Part shown: one piece after another, positions 49,394 to 58,285 of the stretch
Layout: each line of letters opens with the position of its first letter
Position numbering within the stretch: position 1 is the first letter of the stretch
DNA from: a virus
Taxonomy: Duplodnaviria > Heunggongvirae > Uroviricota > Caudoviricetes
Reading direction: 5' to 3' (one strand)
Length of the DNA: 64,000 bases
IMG/VR virus record: IMGVR_UViG_3300025861_000004
Program-made: the position numbers and the translations under genes
Notes under the pieces: generated by a model
Database searches by the model: none
Told to the model about the DNA's origin: nothing
What the model saw: only the letters and a program-made list of their open reading frames with translations

Positions 49394-50164
49394 CTAGTCC
49401 CCACCGTCTGAGCAGCTTCCTCCCGTGTTGTCCTCCGAGGAGGAGGCCGAGTCGGGTTCGCTGGGCGGAGAAGCGCACACGGGCTCTGGGTCGGGGTTGC
49501 CGCCAGGAGCAGGAGTCCAATCGACCGGCTCCGTGGGGGCGTCTTGCTCCACAAGGCATGACGGCTGCGGAGGCTCGTATCCTTCGGGTGGCGCTGGTTC
49601 CTCGGGCGGGCAGACGAGCCCGCTGCCGAACGGCACGAGCGGACTGATCGAGTCCTCGATGAGAAGGCTCGCGTAGTTGACGGAGGGGTCGATCACGACC
49701 CCTGCGGCGTGGAACTCCGCCTGCACCTGCTCAGGCTGGAAACGTCCCGTCCGGACGGCCAGGAGGCAGGCCGAGCAGAGGGCTGCGGGGCGTCCTACGT
49801 CGTGGTGGGTCGGGTCGTTGCAGCTACGGAACCGCCATAGCTGGGCGTAGCGTTCGACCATGCCCGCGCCCACGTACTCCGGGGGGTCTGAGGGCGCAAA
49901 GAGTCCGCTCTGGAGGAGTGCAGCGAGCGCGGCCGTGCGTATGTCGGAGGGCTCGTTGACCTTCACCCAGAACCCATCCTGGACCTCCGCGTGCTCCATC
50001 TGCTCGGGGGTCATGTTGTGGGTCAGGGTGAACAGCGGCTCGCCTCGTGAGCTCTGCACCGCGATCGCGCTCTGACCGCTGGGGTACTGCCCCACATACA
50101 ACAGGAGGTCTCCCATGAGGGACGGGATGACGAGGTTGGCTACGGCACGGAACAGGTAGGACAT
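49394..50164 (-). CDS. Hypothetical protein with acidic/Pro-rich tail (256 aa)
   Basis: GAGG RBS; long ORF. Confidence 0.7.
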   Translation of the reverse strand: MSYLFRAVANLVIPSLMGDLLLYVGQYPSGQSAIAVQSSRGEPLFTLTHNMTPEQMEHAEVQDGFWVKVNEPSDIRTAALAALLQSGLFAPSDPPEYVGAGMVERYAQLWRFRSCNDPTHHDVGRPAALCSACLLAVRTGRFQPEQVQAEFHAAGVVIDPSVNYASLLIEDSISPLVPFGSGLVCPPEEPAPPEGYEPPQPSCLVEQDAPTEPVDWTPAPGGNPDPEPVCASPPSEPDSASSSEDNTGGSCSDGGD

Positions 50165-50172
50165 GGGGCCTC

Positions 50173-50568
50173 TCAGCGAGATAGGGCGTAGGTTTGAAGA
50201 TCCGCTTCTTGCAAGATCTTGGACCGCAAGCGGACGAGGTAGTTGTCGATGATGTGGTCCACGTGCCTCAGGAGGTCGCCCTTCGTGAGGCAGCGGTCGA
50301 TGAGGACTTGGAGGTCGTCTCCTGCCTCGATCTCAGGCCCGCGACCGGGGACGCGCATGACGAAGTGCTTATGGTCTGGCCGATGCCCTTCCTTCCGCAT
50401 GTAGACGATGATGTCGTCTGCCTGGTTGTAGAGGGGTAGACCCTGCCGGGTGTACGACCCAGCCAACCTGATCCTCCACACCCAGCGAGTTCGCTCGTCT
50501 GTCGGAGCCTTGTCCACGAGGTAAACTCCCTCGGGAAGTTGTGCTGGTAGCGTGTCAGGGCAAGTCAT
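50173..50568 (-). CDS. Hypothetical protein (131 aa)
   Basis: ATG 30 nt after TCAGCTC. Confidence 0.7.
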   Translation of the reverse strand: MTCPDTLPAQLPEGVYLVDKAPTDERTRWVWRIRLAGSYTRQGLPLYNQADDIIVYMRKEGHRPDHKHFVMRVPGRGPEIEAGDDLQVLIDRCLTKGDLLRHVDHIIDNYLVRLRSKILQEADLQTYALSR

Positions 50569-50605
50569 GTCCCTTACTCGGGTCCTAAGGGCTCGCGGGA
50601 GCTGA
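50569..50605 (-). promoter_or_regulatory. Class A promoter motif (TCAGCTC-N17-CCGAGTAA-N5-ATG)
   Basis: Exact spacing. Confidence 0.75.
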
Positions 50606-50999
50606 CGGGTGTGGGCTCAGCCCTCTCGTGCAGTATCTGCATGCTCATCGCGGCCACGGAGGCTACGAACCACGCCTCTCCCATCTTGGTGAGCCCGAAG
50701 ACCACAAGCTGCATGTCATGCAGGTTGACCTGCTTGACGATGGACCAGGTGGCCATCAGGTAGACCACGAAGGCCGTCATGGTGACGTAGCGCATGCGAG
50801 GCAGGCCCGCAGACACCGTGTATGCGAGCGTGACGGCGGAGCCGATGAGCATCGCCTTCATCGTGAGGTCGATTCGGATCCCGTAGCGACCCAGTCCGTC
50901 GAGGTAGAGGATGCTCCAGTCGACCATGATGCAGAGGCCCACGAGGACCGCGATCATGGTGTGCAGTAGGAGGTTGTCCGCTGGGCGAACGGGACTCAT
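50574..50999 (-). CDS. Putative membrane protein (141 aa)
   Basis: Four hydrophobic segments; ATGA coupling. Confidence 0.7.
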   Translation of the reverse strand: MSPVRPADNLLLHTMIAVLVGLCIMVDWSILYLDGLGRYGIRIDLTMKAMLIGSAVTLAYTVSAGLPRMRYVTMTAFVVYLMATWSIVKQVNLHDMQLVVFGLTKMGEAWFVASVAAMSMQILHERAEPTPVSSREPLGPE

Positions 51000-51376
51000 A
51001 GGCCGCTGTCCCTTCGTATCAGGCTCTCCAGTTGAGTCGCGTAGCGCGTGCTGAGCCACTTGGCGTAGTTGACCAGGTTGTGCCGCGTGAGCATCTCCAC
51101 CACGAGACCCTCCAGGTCCCCGTAGCGGTTCTGGTGGGAGGGGAAGCAGAACGCCCCAGGGAACCAGACCGAGTAGGCGGTTACCAGCTTGTCGGGCCTG
51201 ATCCGCACCTGGATGGCGTCCTTCTCGTCGTAGAGGGGGTCGCCAGGCCGCACGCGGTCGCCGCGCAGGCGGTACATGAAGCGCCACGAGATCCCGTCTA
51301 CGTCCGGGGGTTGTACGAGCTCCAGGTTCGACGGGATGATCCCGTCGGGAATCACGGAAGGCGTCTTCGTGTCCAT
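50996..51376 (-). CDS. Hypothetical protein (126 aa)
   Basis: Abuts the upstream stop; GC3-rich. Confidence 0.7.
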   Translation of the reverse strand: MDTKTPSVIPDGIIPSNLELVQPPDVDGISWRFMYRLRGDRVRPGDPLYDEKDAIQVRIRPDKLVTAYSVWFPGAFCFPSHQNRYGDLEGLVVEMLTRHNLVNYAKWLSTRYATQLESLIRRDSGL

Positions 51377-52000
51377 TTACCACTTCCTGTGTGGGGCGAC
51401 GGCCATTCGCATGCGGGCCGTAGACTCGTCGCGCGCCACCTTGACGAGGCCCCAGGTGATGAGCACACCCCCGATGAAGGCTGCGGCTACGAGGAGGATC
51501 ACGATTAGCGCGCCTGCTCCGTCTGAGTCGGTGTCCCCACCGCTCGACCCACCGCTCGACCCACCCCCGCGGAACAGACCGCCCGCGCTGCGCATCGCAC
51601 CGCCCAGGTGCTGCACGACCACGTAGGTGTTGTGGACCTGCGCCCAGGTGTCGTAGCCGGCGACCGCGAGGTCTGCGAGGCTCCGTGATCGCCTGTAGGC
51701 GGCCCAGGCGTCAACCGTGATCACTAGGCCCGTCCCGAGGATGGGGATCGCGATGAGGGAGAAGCACAGCGCCTCACCGCGTGCCGCGAGCTCCGGGGTG
51801 ATCCAGTGCATGGAGAGCGCGACGAAGAGGTTAAACAGCGTGAGCACCATCGTGAAGCCGATCGAAGCCATGATGGTGACCGACCACGTCACCAGGTGCG
51901 CGAGTCCACCTCGCTCCTTGGACTCGGGCCAGGCGTAACCGGCACCGAGCGCGTTGAGGGTCGAGAGCACCAGGGTGATGACGATCCACAGGGCAGTCAT
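51377..52000 (-). CDS. Putative membrane protein (207 aa)
   Basis: Four hydrophobic segments and a GGSSGGSSGG linker. Confidence 0.75.
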   Translation of the reverse strand: MTALWIVITLVLSTLNALGAGYAWPESKERGGLAHLVTWSVTIMASIGFTMVLTLFNLFVALSMHWITPELAARGEALCFSLIAIPILGTGLVITVDAWAAYRRSRSLADLAVAGYDTWAQVHNTYVVVQHLGGAMRSAGGLFRGGGSSGGSSGGDTDSDGAGALIVILLVAAAFIGGVLITWGLVKVARDESTARMRMAVAPHRKW

Positions 52001-52284
52001 GAGCGTTCCTTGTACCGTTGGTGGACGGCGTATGCGACGACGGCGACGAAACTAGCACACAGCGCGAACGCCACGGCCCACACTCTCGGCGTACAGGGAC
52101 GGTACGTCGCGTAGACGATGAGGGCGTCTAGCGTGAGGCTGAAGGTCGAGATGAGGCCAAGCGTGATGGACAGGATTGGTCCGAGGTAGGGGCGCGCGCG
52201 GCTCCAGAAGAAGCCCATCGAGAAGACGGTGACCGCGAACATCAAGAGGCGGGCCACGAGCCCCGCCAGGTACTGGTGAGTCAT
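51997..52284 (-). CDS. Putative membrane protein (95 aa)
   Basis: Three hydrophobic segments; ATG 30 nt after TCAGCTC. Confidence 0.7.
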   Translation of the reverse strand: MTHQYLAGLVARLLMFAVTVFSMGFFWSRARPYLGPILSITLGLISTFSLTLDALIVYATYRPCTPRVWAVAFALCASFVAVVAYAVHQRYKERS

Positions 52285-52321
52285 GTGAGCGCGTCGTCCC
52301 CGCCGAACGGGCTGGAGCTGA
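52285..52321 (-). promoter_or_regulatory. Class A promoter motif (TCAGCTC-N17-ACGACGCG-N5-ATG)
   Basis: Exact spacing. Confidence 0.75.
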
Positions 52322-52798
52322 CTAGCGGAACAGGTACAGGGCGAGCGCGTTGAGGCAGACGTGCATCGTGTTGTCCGTGATGATGAGCAGCCAGACGGTG
52401 AGGTACTTCTCGCGGTCGGGATCGTAGCCGGTCCCCTGGCACTGCTGCCAGGGACGATTCGGGGGGACCCAGGTGGTCTTGATGCGCGCGTGCGGCATGC
52501 CGTCGATCGTAGCGCGACTGGCCTCGTGCTTGCGCTGCCAGGGGGCAAGCCAGTTCTTGGCCCACGCGACGTAGCGTGCCAGCCGGAAGCGGTCGATGAC
52601 GAGGTGCGACAGCAGGATGATCGCCAGCGCAGCCGGGTGCCGCGTGACGATCAGGAAGGGCACCGTGTAGAGGGTCGCGTGCACCGCCGCGACCCAGGTA
52701 CGCTTCGTCTTGTTGAGCGCCATATAATCACTTTGTAAGATGTAATCCCCCACAAGATGACACAGCAGCGCTAGGTTCAACTTCGTGGCCAAATCCAT
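52322..52798 (-). CDS. DUF3307-family membrane protein
   Basis: HLVGDYILQSDYMA, HATLY, SHLVIDR, DNTMH. Confidence 0.85.
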   Translation of the reverse strand: MDLATKLNLALLCHLVGDYILQSDYMALNKTKRTWVAAVHATLYTVPFLIVTRHPAALAIILLSHLVIDRFRLARYVAWAKNWLAPWQRKHEASRATIDGMPHARIKTTWVPPNRPWQQCQGTGYDPDREKYLTVWLLIITDNTMHVCLNALALYLFR

Positions 52799-52834
52799 CG
52801 TCAGTTCCTTTCCAGTAATGTCCGTTTACTATCT

Positions 52835-52871
52835 GGTAGTGGGTGCCTTTGAGGTCCGACCAGACGCTTCG
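52835..52871 (+). repeat. Left terminal inverted repeat
   Basis: GGTAGTGGGTGCCTTTGAGGTCCGACCAGACGCTTCG. Confidence 0.92.
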
Positions 52872-52947
52872 TATCCCGGCATTGCCGAAGAAAGGTCCTC
52901 GTCGTTGACAGGACCGAATTGTTGGTCCAGCTGGGTAGCGTAGAGGC

Positions 52948-53406
52948 ATGCTGCCAGAAGCTTTCGCCGAAGACGATCAGCCAACTACGACCGATCAGCC
53001 CAGCACGGAGAACAAGCGCGTCCTCTGCCCGATCCCTCCGGGTTGGGGTGTTCAGGTCGAACGAATCCGCGGGACCTACGGAACCGTGGCTTGGAGGGGG
53101 GTCCGCATCAGTGCCAAGCTCCAATGCGGACATGGGTTCCACTTCGGGATACGTGACAAGTGCGATCCAACCCACATCGACCCAAATCCTATCGAGGAGA
53201 GGCTTCCCAACGGTGAAGTGGTGCGCTTTCTGCCTGAGGAAGCGGTGGAACTAAAGTACGACGAGGACAGCTGGCTTGCCATCCTGTGGCGTGGCTGTGT
53301 CGACCACATCCGTGATTGGCAGGCTAAGTATTGCGATTCGGAGGGCTGCTGCCTTTGTCGATCGGCCAAGAACGAAGCCGCCGACAACCCATGCAGCGCG
53401 TCTTGA
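52948..53406 (+). CDS. Passenger hypothetical protein, Cys-containing (152 aa)
   Basis: GAGG RBS; lies inside the element. Confidence 0.55.
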   Translation: MLPEAFAEDDQPTTTDQPSTENKRVLCPIPPGWGVQVERIRGTYGTVAWRGVRISAKLQCGHGFHFGIRDKCDPTHIDPNPIEERLPNGEVVRFLPEEAVELKYDEDSWLAILWRGCVDHIRDWQAKYCDSEGCCLCRSAKNEAADNPCSAS

Positions 53407-53599
53407 GTTCCGTCTCGACGAACCAATTGGCCTCGATCTGCCTACTGCCGCAGTCGGGGCACGGTAGGTTCAACAGCTGGGTGAAGGCGTTCCAGCCAAC
53501 AGGAATGCCGCACTGGCGGGCTTCGTTGTAAAGCCTCGTCAAAAACTGTTCCTCACTGACGCCGAAAGTCGGCGCCGGTGGTTTGATCTGATCGCTCAT
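53324..53599 (-). CDS. Passenger zinc-ribbon protein (91 aa)
   Basis: CPDC and CMGC; GGAAG upstream; overlaps the end of 52948-53406. Confidence 0.55.
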   Translation of the reverse strand: MSDQIKPPAPTFGVSEEQFLTRLYNEARQCGIPVGWNAFTQLLNLPCPDCGSRQIEANWFVETELKTRCMGCRRLRSWPIDKGSSPPNRNT

Positions 53600-53685
53600 G
53601 TTTCTTCCTTTTGATTGGGTGATCGGCGGCCTGGCAGGGCCACCACCGACGCCGACTTTGGGCGCCAGCGAAGACGGCAACATGT

Positions 53686-54561
53686 CTATGCTGCCCGCCT
53701 GGGTTTGATGGGTGTGAGCAGGTTTCGAGGTGCCTGCTCGTCGGGCAGCAGCGCCACGACATCGTCGAGGGACCAGACGTGGTCCGTGATCCCCGCCGCC
53801 ATGGCCGGCGTCACGCGCAGCGTCATGTGGATGCGGCAGAAGTTGTAGTGGAAGAAAAACAGCGCCAGCGCGTCCATATGGCGCTCCAGTTTCTTGCTGA
53901 AGGCGTTCGTCTTCCGGGTGAACCTCCTCATACCCATGCGCATGGTCAGGTTGTGCCGCTCCACGTAGGACGTGCTGACCAGCTTCTCATCGGGACTGCC
54001 CGCGACCAGTGTCTTCTGTGCGCCGCTGTACCGACCCTTTCCACTTTTTTGCTGCTTCAGAGAGCCGCCTTTGTATTCCTTCACGAGCTGCGCGAAGTCC
54101 ACCTCCTCGAAGCTATCCCCGACGGCCTCAACGTATGCCTTCAGTCCGTCCGTCGTGAGCTGCACCCGGCTAGCGAGGCGACCCGCCAAGTCCCCAATGA
54201 AGGCCCTTGCGGTGTCCTCATCGCGCTTTCCAACGAGCCAGCACGGGATGAGTTTGGTCTCCGCGTCGATTGCCGTGAACGTCCAGACTTCCCCGTAGCC
54301 AAGCTGGCCCTTCTTTTCCTCGGGGACGTGTACTTCCCGGATCTGGACGAAGCTGTGCAGCTCGTCGCATTCCAATCGCTTGCAGTTGAGGTTCCGAAAG
54401 ACCCGATCCTGGTATGCGTCGCAGACCGCGCCGATGTCGGCGAGCAGCTTGGCTACGGCGCGCTTGCTCACGTTGTTAATGCGCTCGGTGGAGGCCATCG
54501 AGCAACCCTCGACGAGAGTGGAGAGGATCGCGACCCTCTTTTCCCTCGACAACTTGTTCAT
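53686..54561 (-). CDS. IS1-family DDE transposase, single ORF
   Basis: N-terminal HTH, then [17 protein letters not shown] and [29 protein letters not shown]; catalytic D, D, E are intact. Alternative start at 54570. Confidence 0.93.
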   Translation of the reverse strand: MNKLSREKRVAILSTLVEGCSMASTERINNVSKRAVAKLLADIGAVCDAYQDRVFRNLNCKRLECDELHSFVQIREVHVPEEKKGQLGYGEVWTFTAIDAETKLIPCWLVGKRDEDTARAFIGDLAGRLASRVQLTTDGLKAYVEAVGDSFEEVDFAQLVKEYKGGSLKQQKSGKGRYSGAQKTLVAGSPDEKLVSTSYVERHNLTMRMGMRRFTRKTNAFSKKLERHMDALALFFFHYNFCRIHMTLRVTPAMAAGITDHVWSLDDVVALLPDEQAPRNLLTPIKPRRAA

Positions 54562-54657
54562 GTCGATCATTTACGGTTCGCCTCTGACATGGACCCGAGC
54601 GAGGTTGTTAGATTTTTAGCTCGGGATGCCGTAGAGCCCACCTAAAGGGAGGGAAAG

Positions 54658-54683
54658 GCCCACTCGTCCATGGACGAGTGGGC
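54658..54683. repeat. Perfect 26-bp palindrome
   Basis: GCCCACTCGTCCATGGACGAGTGGGC. Confidence 0.95.
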
Positions 54684-54849
54684 GCACGGGTTAGGTCCGT
54701 AGAATTCGCTTCCGCACCCTCCATCGTCGGAGACGGAGATCAAGCACAGAAACACACTTGAAGTTTGACGGCCTCATGGTGGTAAGCCCACCTCCTCGTC
54801 GGAGGGGCCGTCTGCTCTTGACGTACATAAGCAGAGGATGTACCTCTGC

Positions 54850-55002
54850 CAATCAAGGCATTCAGCCCCGTGAAGGCAGGCACCGTTGGTTGTGGATCCT
54901 TGGACGGCCCTGCCTATAAACCTGAATGTCACCCGCGCTGCGGGGGTAAGGCCCAGAGAGGAAACCTGTTGGTAGCAGGTTCTTTTCTGGGTTTTGCTTT
55001 TT
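54850..55002 (+). ncRNA. Candidate structured small RNA ending in an intrinsic terminator
   Basis: CATTCAG/CTGAATG outer stem with nested GCAGG/CCTGC and CCGT/ACGG; hairpin 54952-54991 then TTTTGCTTTTT; TTGACG at 54818. Boundaries are approximate. Confidence 0.45.
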
Positions 55003-55015
55003 GGGGAGCCTCCTC

Positions 55016-55492
55016 TTATTTGGTACTTGAGTCAGAGAGTCCGAGACCGTAGGCACGGAGTAACCGCCCCGGACGAAATGTCACAACCTTCTTGGGGCCT
55101 GCGCCACTCTCGGTGCGCTCCAAGATATCCTCGCGCTGGAAGCCGGATTCGGTGGCGGTCGCTTCGATCCGCTCCAGGAACCGCAGCAGTGAGGTACCGT
55201 GTTCCGTGAGAACCTTCTTGAGTGCCACTCGGCGAATGGATTCCGCGTCGACAACCTTCTGAATCAGTGAACGATCTCGTTCGTCAAGCCTGGCCGCACC
55301 AGATAACCAGAGAGACCTCTCATCGGTTCCGGTAGGAACAACCTTTTGCGTTGCAGCCGCTTGAGGTTGGCCCTGGGATTGGGGCTCCCCCCTGAGCGCG
55401 GTCCCGACGGCGGATTTGGCATCCTGCCAAGCGATAGCGTCTGCGAGAGTGGTAGCGATCACACGACCATCAGGCAGTAGTTCGTAGGCCAT
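55016..55492 (-). CDS. Passenger hypothetical protein (~158 aa)
   Basis: ORF inside the element; GGAG upstream. Confidence 0.6.
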   Translation of the reverse strand: MAYELLPDGRVIATTLADAIAWQDAKSAVGTALRGEPQSQGQPQAAATQKVVPTGTDERSLWLSGAARLDERDRSLIQKVVDAESIRRVALKKVLTEHGTSLLRFLERIEATATESGFQREDILERTESGAGPKKVVTFRPGRLLRAYGLGLSDSSTK

Positions 55493-55749
55493 TCTCATCT
55501 GCTCCAATCCGAAGGTCCAGGGATCCCGGAGACTTAGCGTAGGCCGGATCTTCAAGCAACTAATTTCACGCGAGATCGTCGGAGGACCCTTCTGGATACT
55601 TTGCGGATCTTTGGTGCTCCCAATTCAGGAGAAGGGCCAGACTAGGAACCGCGTCAAGAGGTGGCAAAAGATCCATCATCCGCGAGTCCGCGAGGGCAAA
55701 AATGGCCCAGCGCGGGTTCACGGGGAGCGGCGCACGCTGGGACAGAAGG

Positions 55750-56757
55750 TCAGCGGCTCAGGCCATTGCGGCCTGCCCCCAGCAGGTCTGATGCGTCGCT
55801 GGGTACCCAGGTCTTCCACGGGATCCGTTTGAACTCTCCCTCCCTCGGGCACTCGTACGAAAAGACCCTCACGCTCTGAAGCTTCCCGCGGAAGGAAACC
55901 GTCCTGTTTCGTATACGTCCCGCATCATCGATCCTCACGATCTCATCCCCCTCGGCAACGCCGAAGCCCTCGACCTTCGCAATGTCTGCCTTGTACGTCC
56001 AACCCAAGTACAAGGTCGCTGGGGAATCGGGCCAGACGATGGCTGTCTTCGCACCCTTGTTCCCTTCAAGTCGTGCGAACGCCAAGGACTGCCTCCATTT
56101 CTTCTTGAACGATTGTCCCTTCGTGATCTCTCCGATGGGATCTCCAGCCGCATTGAACGCAATCGTGGTCTCCCGTCGGCTCACTGGCTCCTTGGGGGTT
56201 TGCTCTGTCCAGGCATAGCTGGCCACACGACCAGCAGCATCGTAGTTCACGCTCATCCGAGCGGTGTGTCCCTCAGCGCGAGCTGCCGACACCTCAATGA
56301 GGTGCCCCGCATCGTCATAGTGGTACTGGAGGCTCGGCTCAGGGTCCCCGTGAAGTTCCACGCAGTTGTCCTCTCCCTCGCCCACGCAATACGGCTTCAT
56401 GGGCCACTGGGTGGCTGCTTCGAGCCGACCCTCCTGCCCATACGACAGTTCATAGATGGTCGCTCGTCCATCAAACTCGCCGCTCGGGAGGGCGTCCTTC
56501 TTGATGATCCAGCAGGGCATGTTGGGTGGGCGACCCATAACCGACGGTGGTTTGGGTCGGGCCGGCAGCGGAGATGGGAGAACTGCAAGCGGCAGTGCGG
56601 ATGCTTTTGGCTCAACAGCGGTCACTACCTGGGGTGCATCGGCACCTCCATGGCACCCCAAGGTTACGCAGAGGAGTACAAGTTTCACGACGCTACGTTG
56701 ATGCTTTTCGCATGTCTCCGCGAACAGCGTTCTGCTCTCTAGCTCGGAGTTCCTCAT
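55750..56757 (-). CDS. Putative lipoprotein with YD-like repeats
   Basis: Lipobox-like TLGC after a hydrophobic stretch; YGQEGRL, YDDAGHL, YDAAGRV, FNAAGDP, IDDAGRI; AGGAGGT RBS. Confidence 0.7.
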   Translation of the reverse strand: MRNSELESRTLFAETCEKHQRSVVKLVLLCVTLGCHGGADAPQVVTAVEPKASALPLAVLPSPLPARPKPPSVMGRPPNMPCWIIKKDALPSGEFDGRATIYELSYGQEGRLEAATQWPMKPYCVGEGEDNCVELHGDPEPSLQYHYDDAGHLIEVSAARAEGHTARMSVNYDAAGRVASYAWTEQTPKEPVSRRETTIAFNAAGDPIGEITKGQSFKKKWRQSLAFARLEGNKGAKTAIVWPDSPATLYLGWTYKADIAKVEGFGVAEGDEIVRIDDAGRIRNRTVSFRGKLQSVRVFSYECPREGEFKRIPWKTWVPSDASDLLGAGRNGLSR

Positions 56758-56803
56758 TGCCTACCTCCTGGTTGGTTCTGGCGACGAGGAACGTCACTCA
56801 TTA

Positions 56804-56818
56804 TTGCGTATATCGCAA
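56804..56818. promoter_or_regulatory. Candidate operator palindrome TTGCG-N5-CGCAA
   Basis: Lies between the divergent lipoprotein and XRE genes; a second IR (CAGGATTC/GAATCCTG) is nearby. Confidence 0.45.
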
Positions 56819-56877
56819 CATCAGGATTCTTGAGCCATGGCCAGCGACGCGGAATCCTGGGCAATTACACCGAGCCG

Positions 56878-57309
56878 ATGCCCAAGACCCAGGCCACAAA
56901 CCTGCAGCTGCGACAGCGGGTGGCTCGCCGCCTCCGACACGGGCGCCTGGCCAAGAAGATGTCGCAGGAGCAGCTCGCGGAAGCGCTCGGCGTCTCGACC
57001 GAAAGCGTCTCGCGGTATGAGTGTGGGAAGCTGGCGGTATCGCTAGACCTGCTGAGCCGAGCCTCGCGTGTGCTGGGCCTCCCGCTCGAGCAGTTGGTCG
57101 GCGGAGGCCCGACGGGGCTCTCGGCAGCTGAATCGGAGCTTGTCGAGGGCTGGCGGCAGTTGGGCACCCGCGGACAGCAGGCGCTCTTGGAACTCGTTAG
57201 GTGCTGGATTGGGGCACAGGAGGGCGGACGGAAGACGGGGGAGAGTTCGCCTCAGCGGCCTCGAAAGCGGCTCGTGCAACCCGCAAGGTCGGATACGACG
57301 GCAACATGA
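56878..57309 (+). CDS. XRE-family HTH transcriptional regulator
   Basis: MSQEQLAEALGVSTESVSRYECGKLAVSLDLLSRASRVLG. Confidence 0.9.
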   Translation: MPKTQATNLQLRQRVARRLRHGRLAKKMSQEQLAEALGVSTESVSRYECGKLAVSLDLLSRASRVLGLPLEQLVGGGPTGLSAAESELVEGWRQLGTRGQQALLELVRCWIGAQEGGRKTGESSPQRPRKRLVQPARSDTTAT

Positions 57310-57604
57310 CGCGAATCTCATCCAGCCAGTACGAGATCAGCAGCCATTGAGGTTTTGCGCGTGGACGCGCGACACAGCTTCTGGTCAGCATCCAGATCGC
57401 TCTGCCCTCAACTGTCTGACCCCGTCGAAGAGCGAGCAGGCGGTAGATGCCGTCCTTGCTATGAAAAAGAGCGATCCAACGAACCGCATCACGTTCGGCG
57501 GAGTCATCAAGGTTGAAGTGGGCCAGGATTCGGGGCGGCTTCCTTGATCGGGGGCGAGTTTTTCGTCGAGAAGAAAGAGTGGGCCAAGGGGTGGAGCAGC
57601 GCAT
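57197..57604 (-). CDS. Possible passenger hypothetical protein
   Basis: 135-aa ORF filling the gap between two XRE genes; no motif recognised. Confidence 0.3.
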   Translation of the reverse strand: MRCSTPWPTLSSRRKTRPRSRKPPRILAHFNLDDSAERDAVRWIALFHSKDGIYRLLALRRGQTVEGRAIWMLTRSCVARPRAKPQWLLISYWLDEIRVMLPSYPTLRVARAAFEAAEANSPPSSVRPPVPQSST

Positions 57605-57751
57605 AAATTACCTCCAGTGCGCCTCGGCGGTCATTTCGCCGGGTCGCGCTAGGGCACCGACGGGGTTGCAGCCCTGTCGGTGCCCGTTCCTCTATTCTCC
57701 CGCGGGCTTGCGCAGAGTAGTTGAGCTTGGTTCGGCGTCAAAACAAAAAGT

Positions 57752-58285
57752 ATGGGCCGAGAGAAAATCTCGTGCTCTGGCTGGGTCTGGCGAGCCTGTG
57801 CTACGGCGGTCACCGTGACCAGCGGTCGACCGAACCCACTGCATCATGGCTTCCCGGGGCGTCTCCAGCGTGTACGCCGAGAGCGCGACCTCGTCCGCGC
57901 CCACCTATCAACCGCTGCGGGGTTGGGCGTGGACACGGTGCGCGCACTTGAGGCCGCGGGGCGCGTGCCGCGGGTGGAGACGGTATGCCGCCTCGCAGAT
58001 GCGTTGAAAATCAACCCTGCCTGGCTGGCCTACGGCGTCGAGCCAAGAGAAGCCATGGCGCAATCGGAGGCACTCTCGTTTGGAGAGCGGCTGATCCTGG
58101 CGCGACAAGCGCGAGGGCTGAGCCAGCGACAACTTGGAGACATGGCGGAGATGACGGGCGCATCTGTGAGCGCCCTGGAGAGGCAGGGCAATGTCCCCGA
58201 TATCGGGCGGGCGGAACGCTTGGCCAAGGCGCTAGGGGTGCCTGCGGCATGGCTTGCGTTTGGGGTGGGGGAGGGGCTTGGTTAG
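57752..58285 (+). CDS. Tandem double XRE-HTH protein
   Basis: Two HTH_3-like repeats, each ending LAxAL...PAWLA(Y/F)G. Confidence 0.88.
   Translation: MGREKISCSGWVWRACATAVTVTSGRPNPLHHGFPGRLQRVRRERDLVRAHLSTAAGLGVDTVRALEAAGRVPRVETVCRLADALKINPAWLAYGVEPREAMAQSEALSFGERLILARQARGLSQRQLGDMAEMTGASVSALERQGNVPDIGRAERLAKALGVPAAWLAFGVGEGLG

Noticed and set aside
48816-49559. N-terminal 248 aa of the 675-aa ORF 47532-49559
   Set aside because: It overlaps three better genes. The NTase has its own RBS and GTGA coupling at 48815.
54862-55056. 60- and 64-aa ORFs across the structured IS region
   Set aside because: They have no RBS or motif and run through a terminator hairpin.
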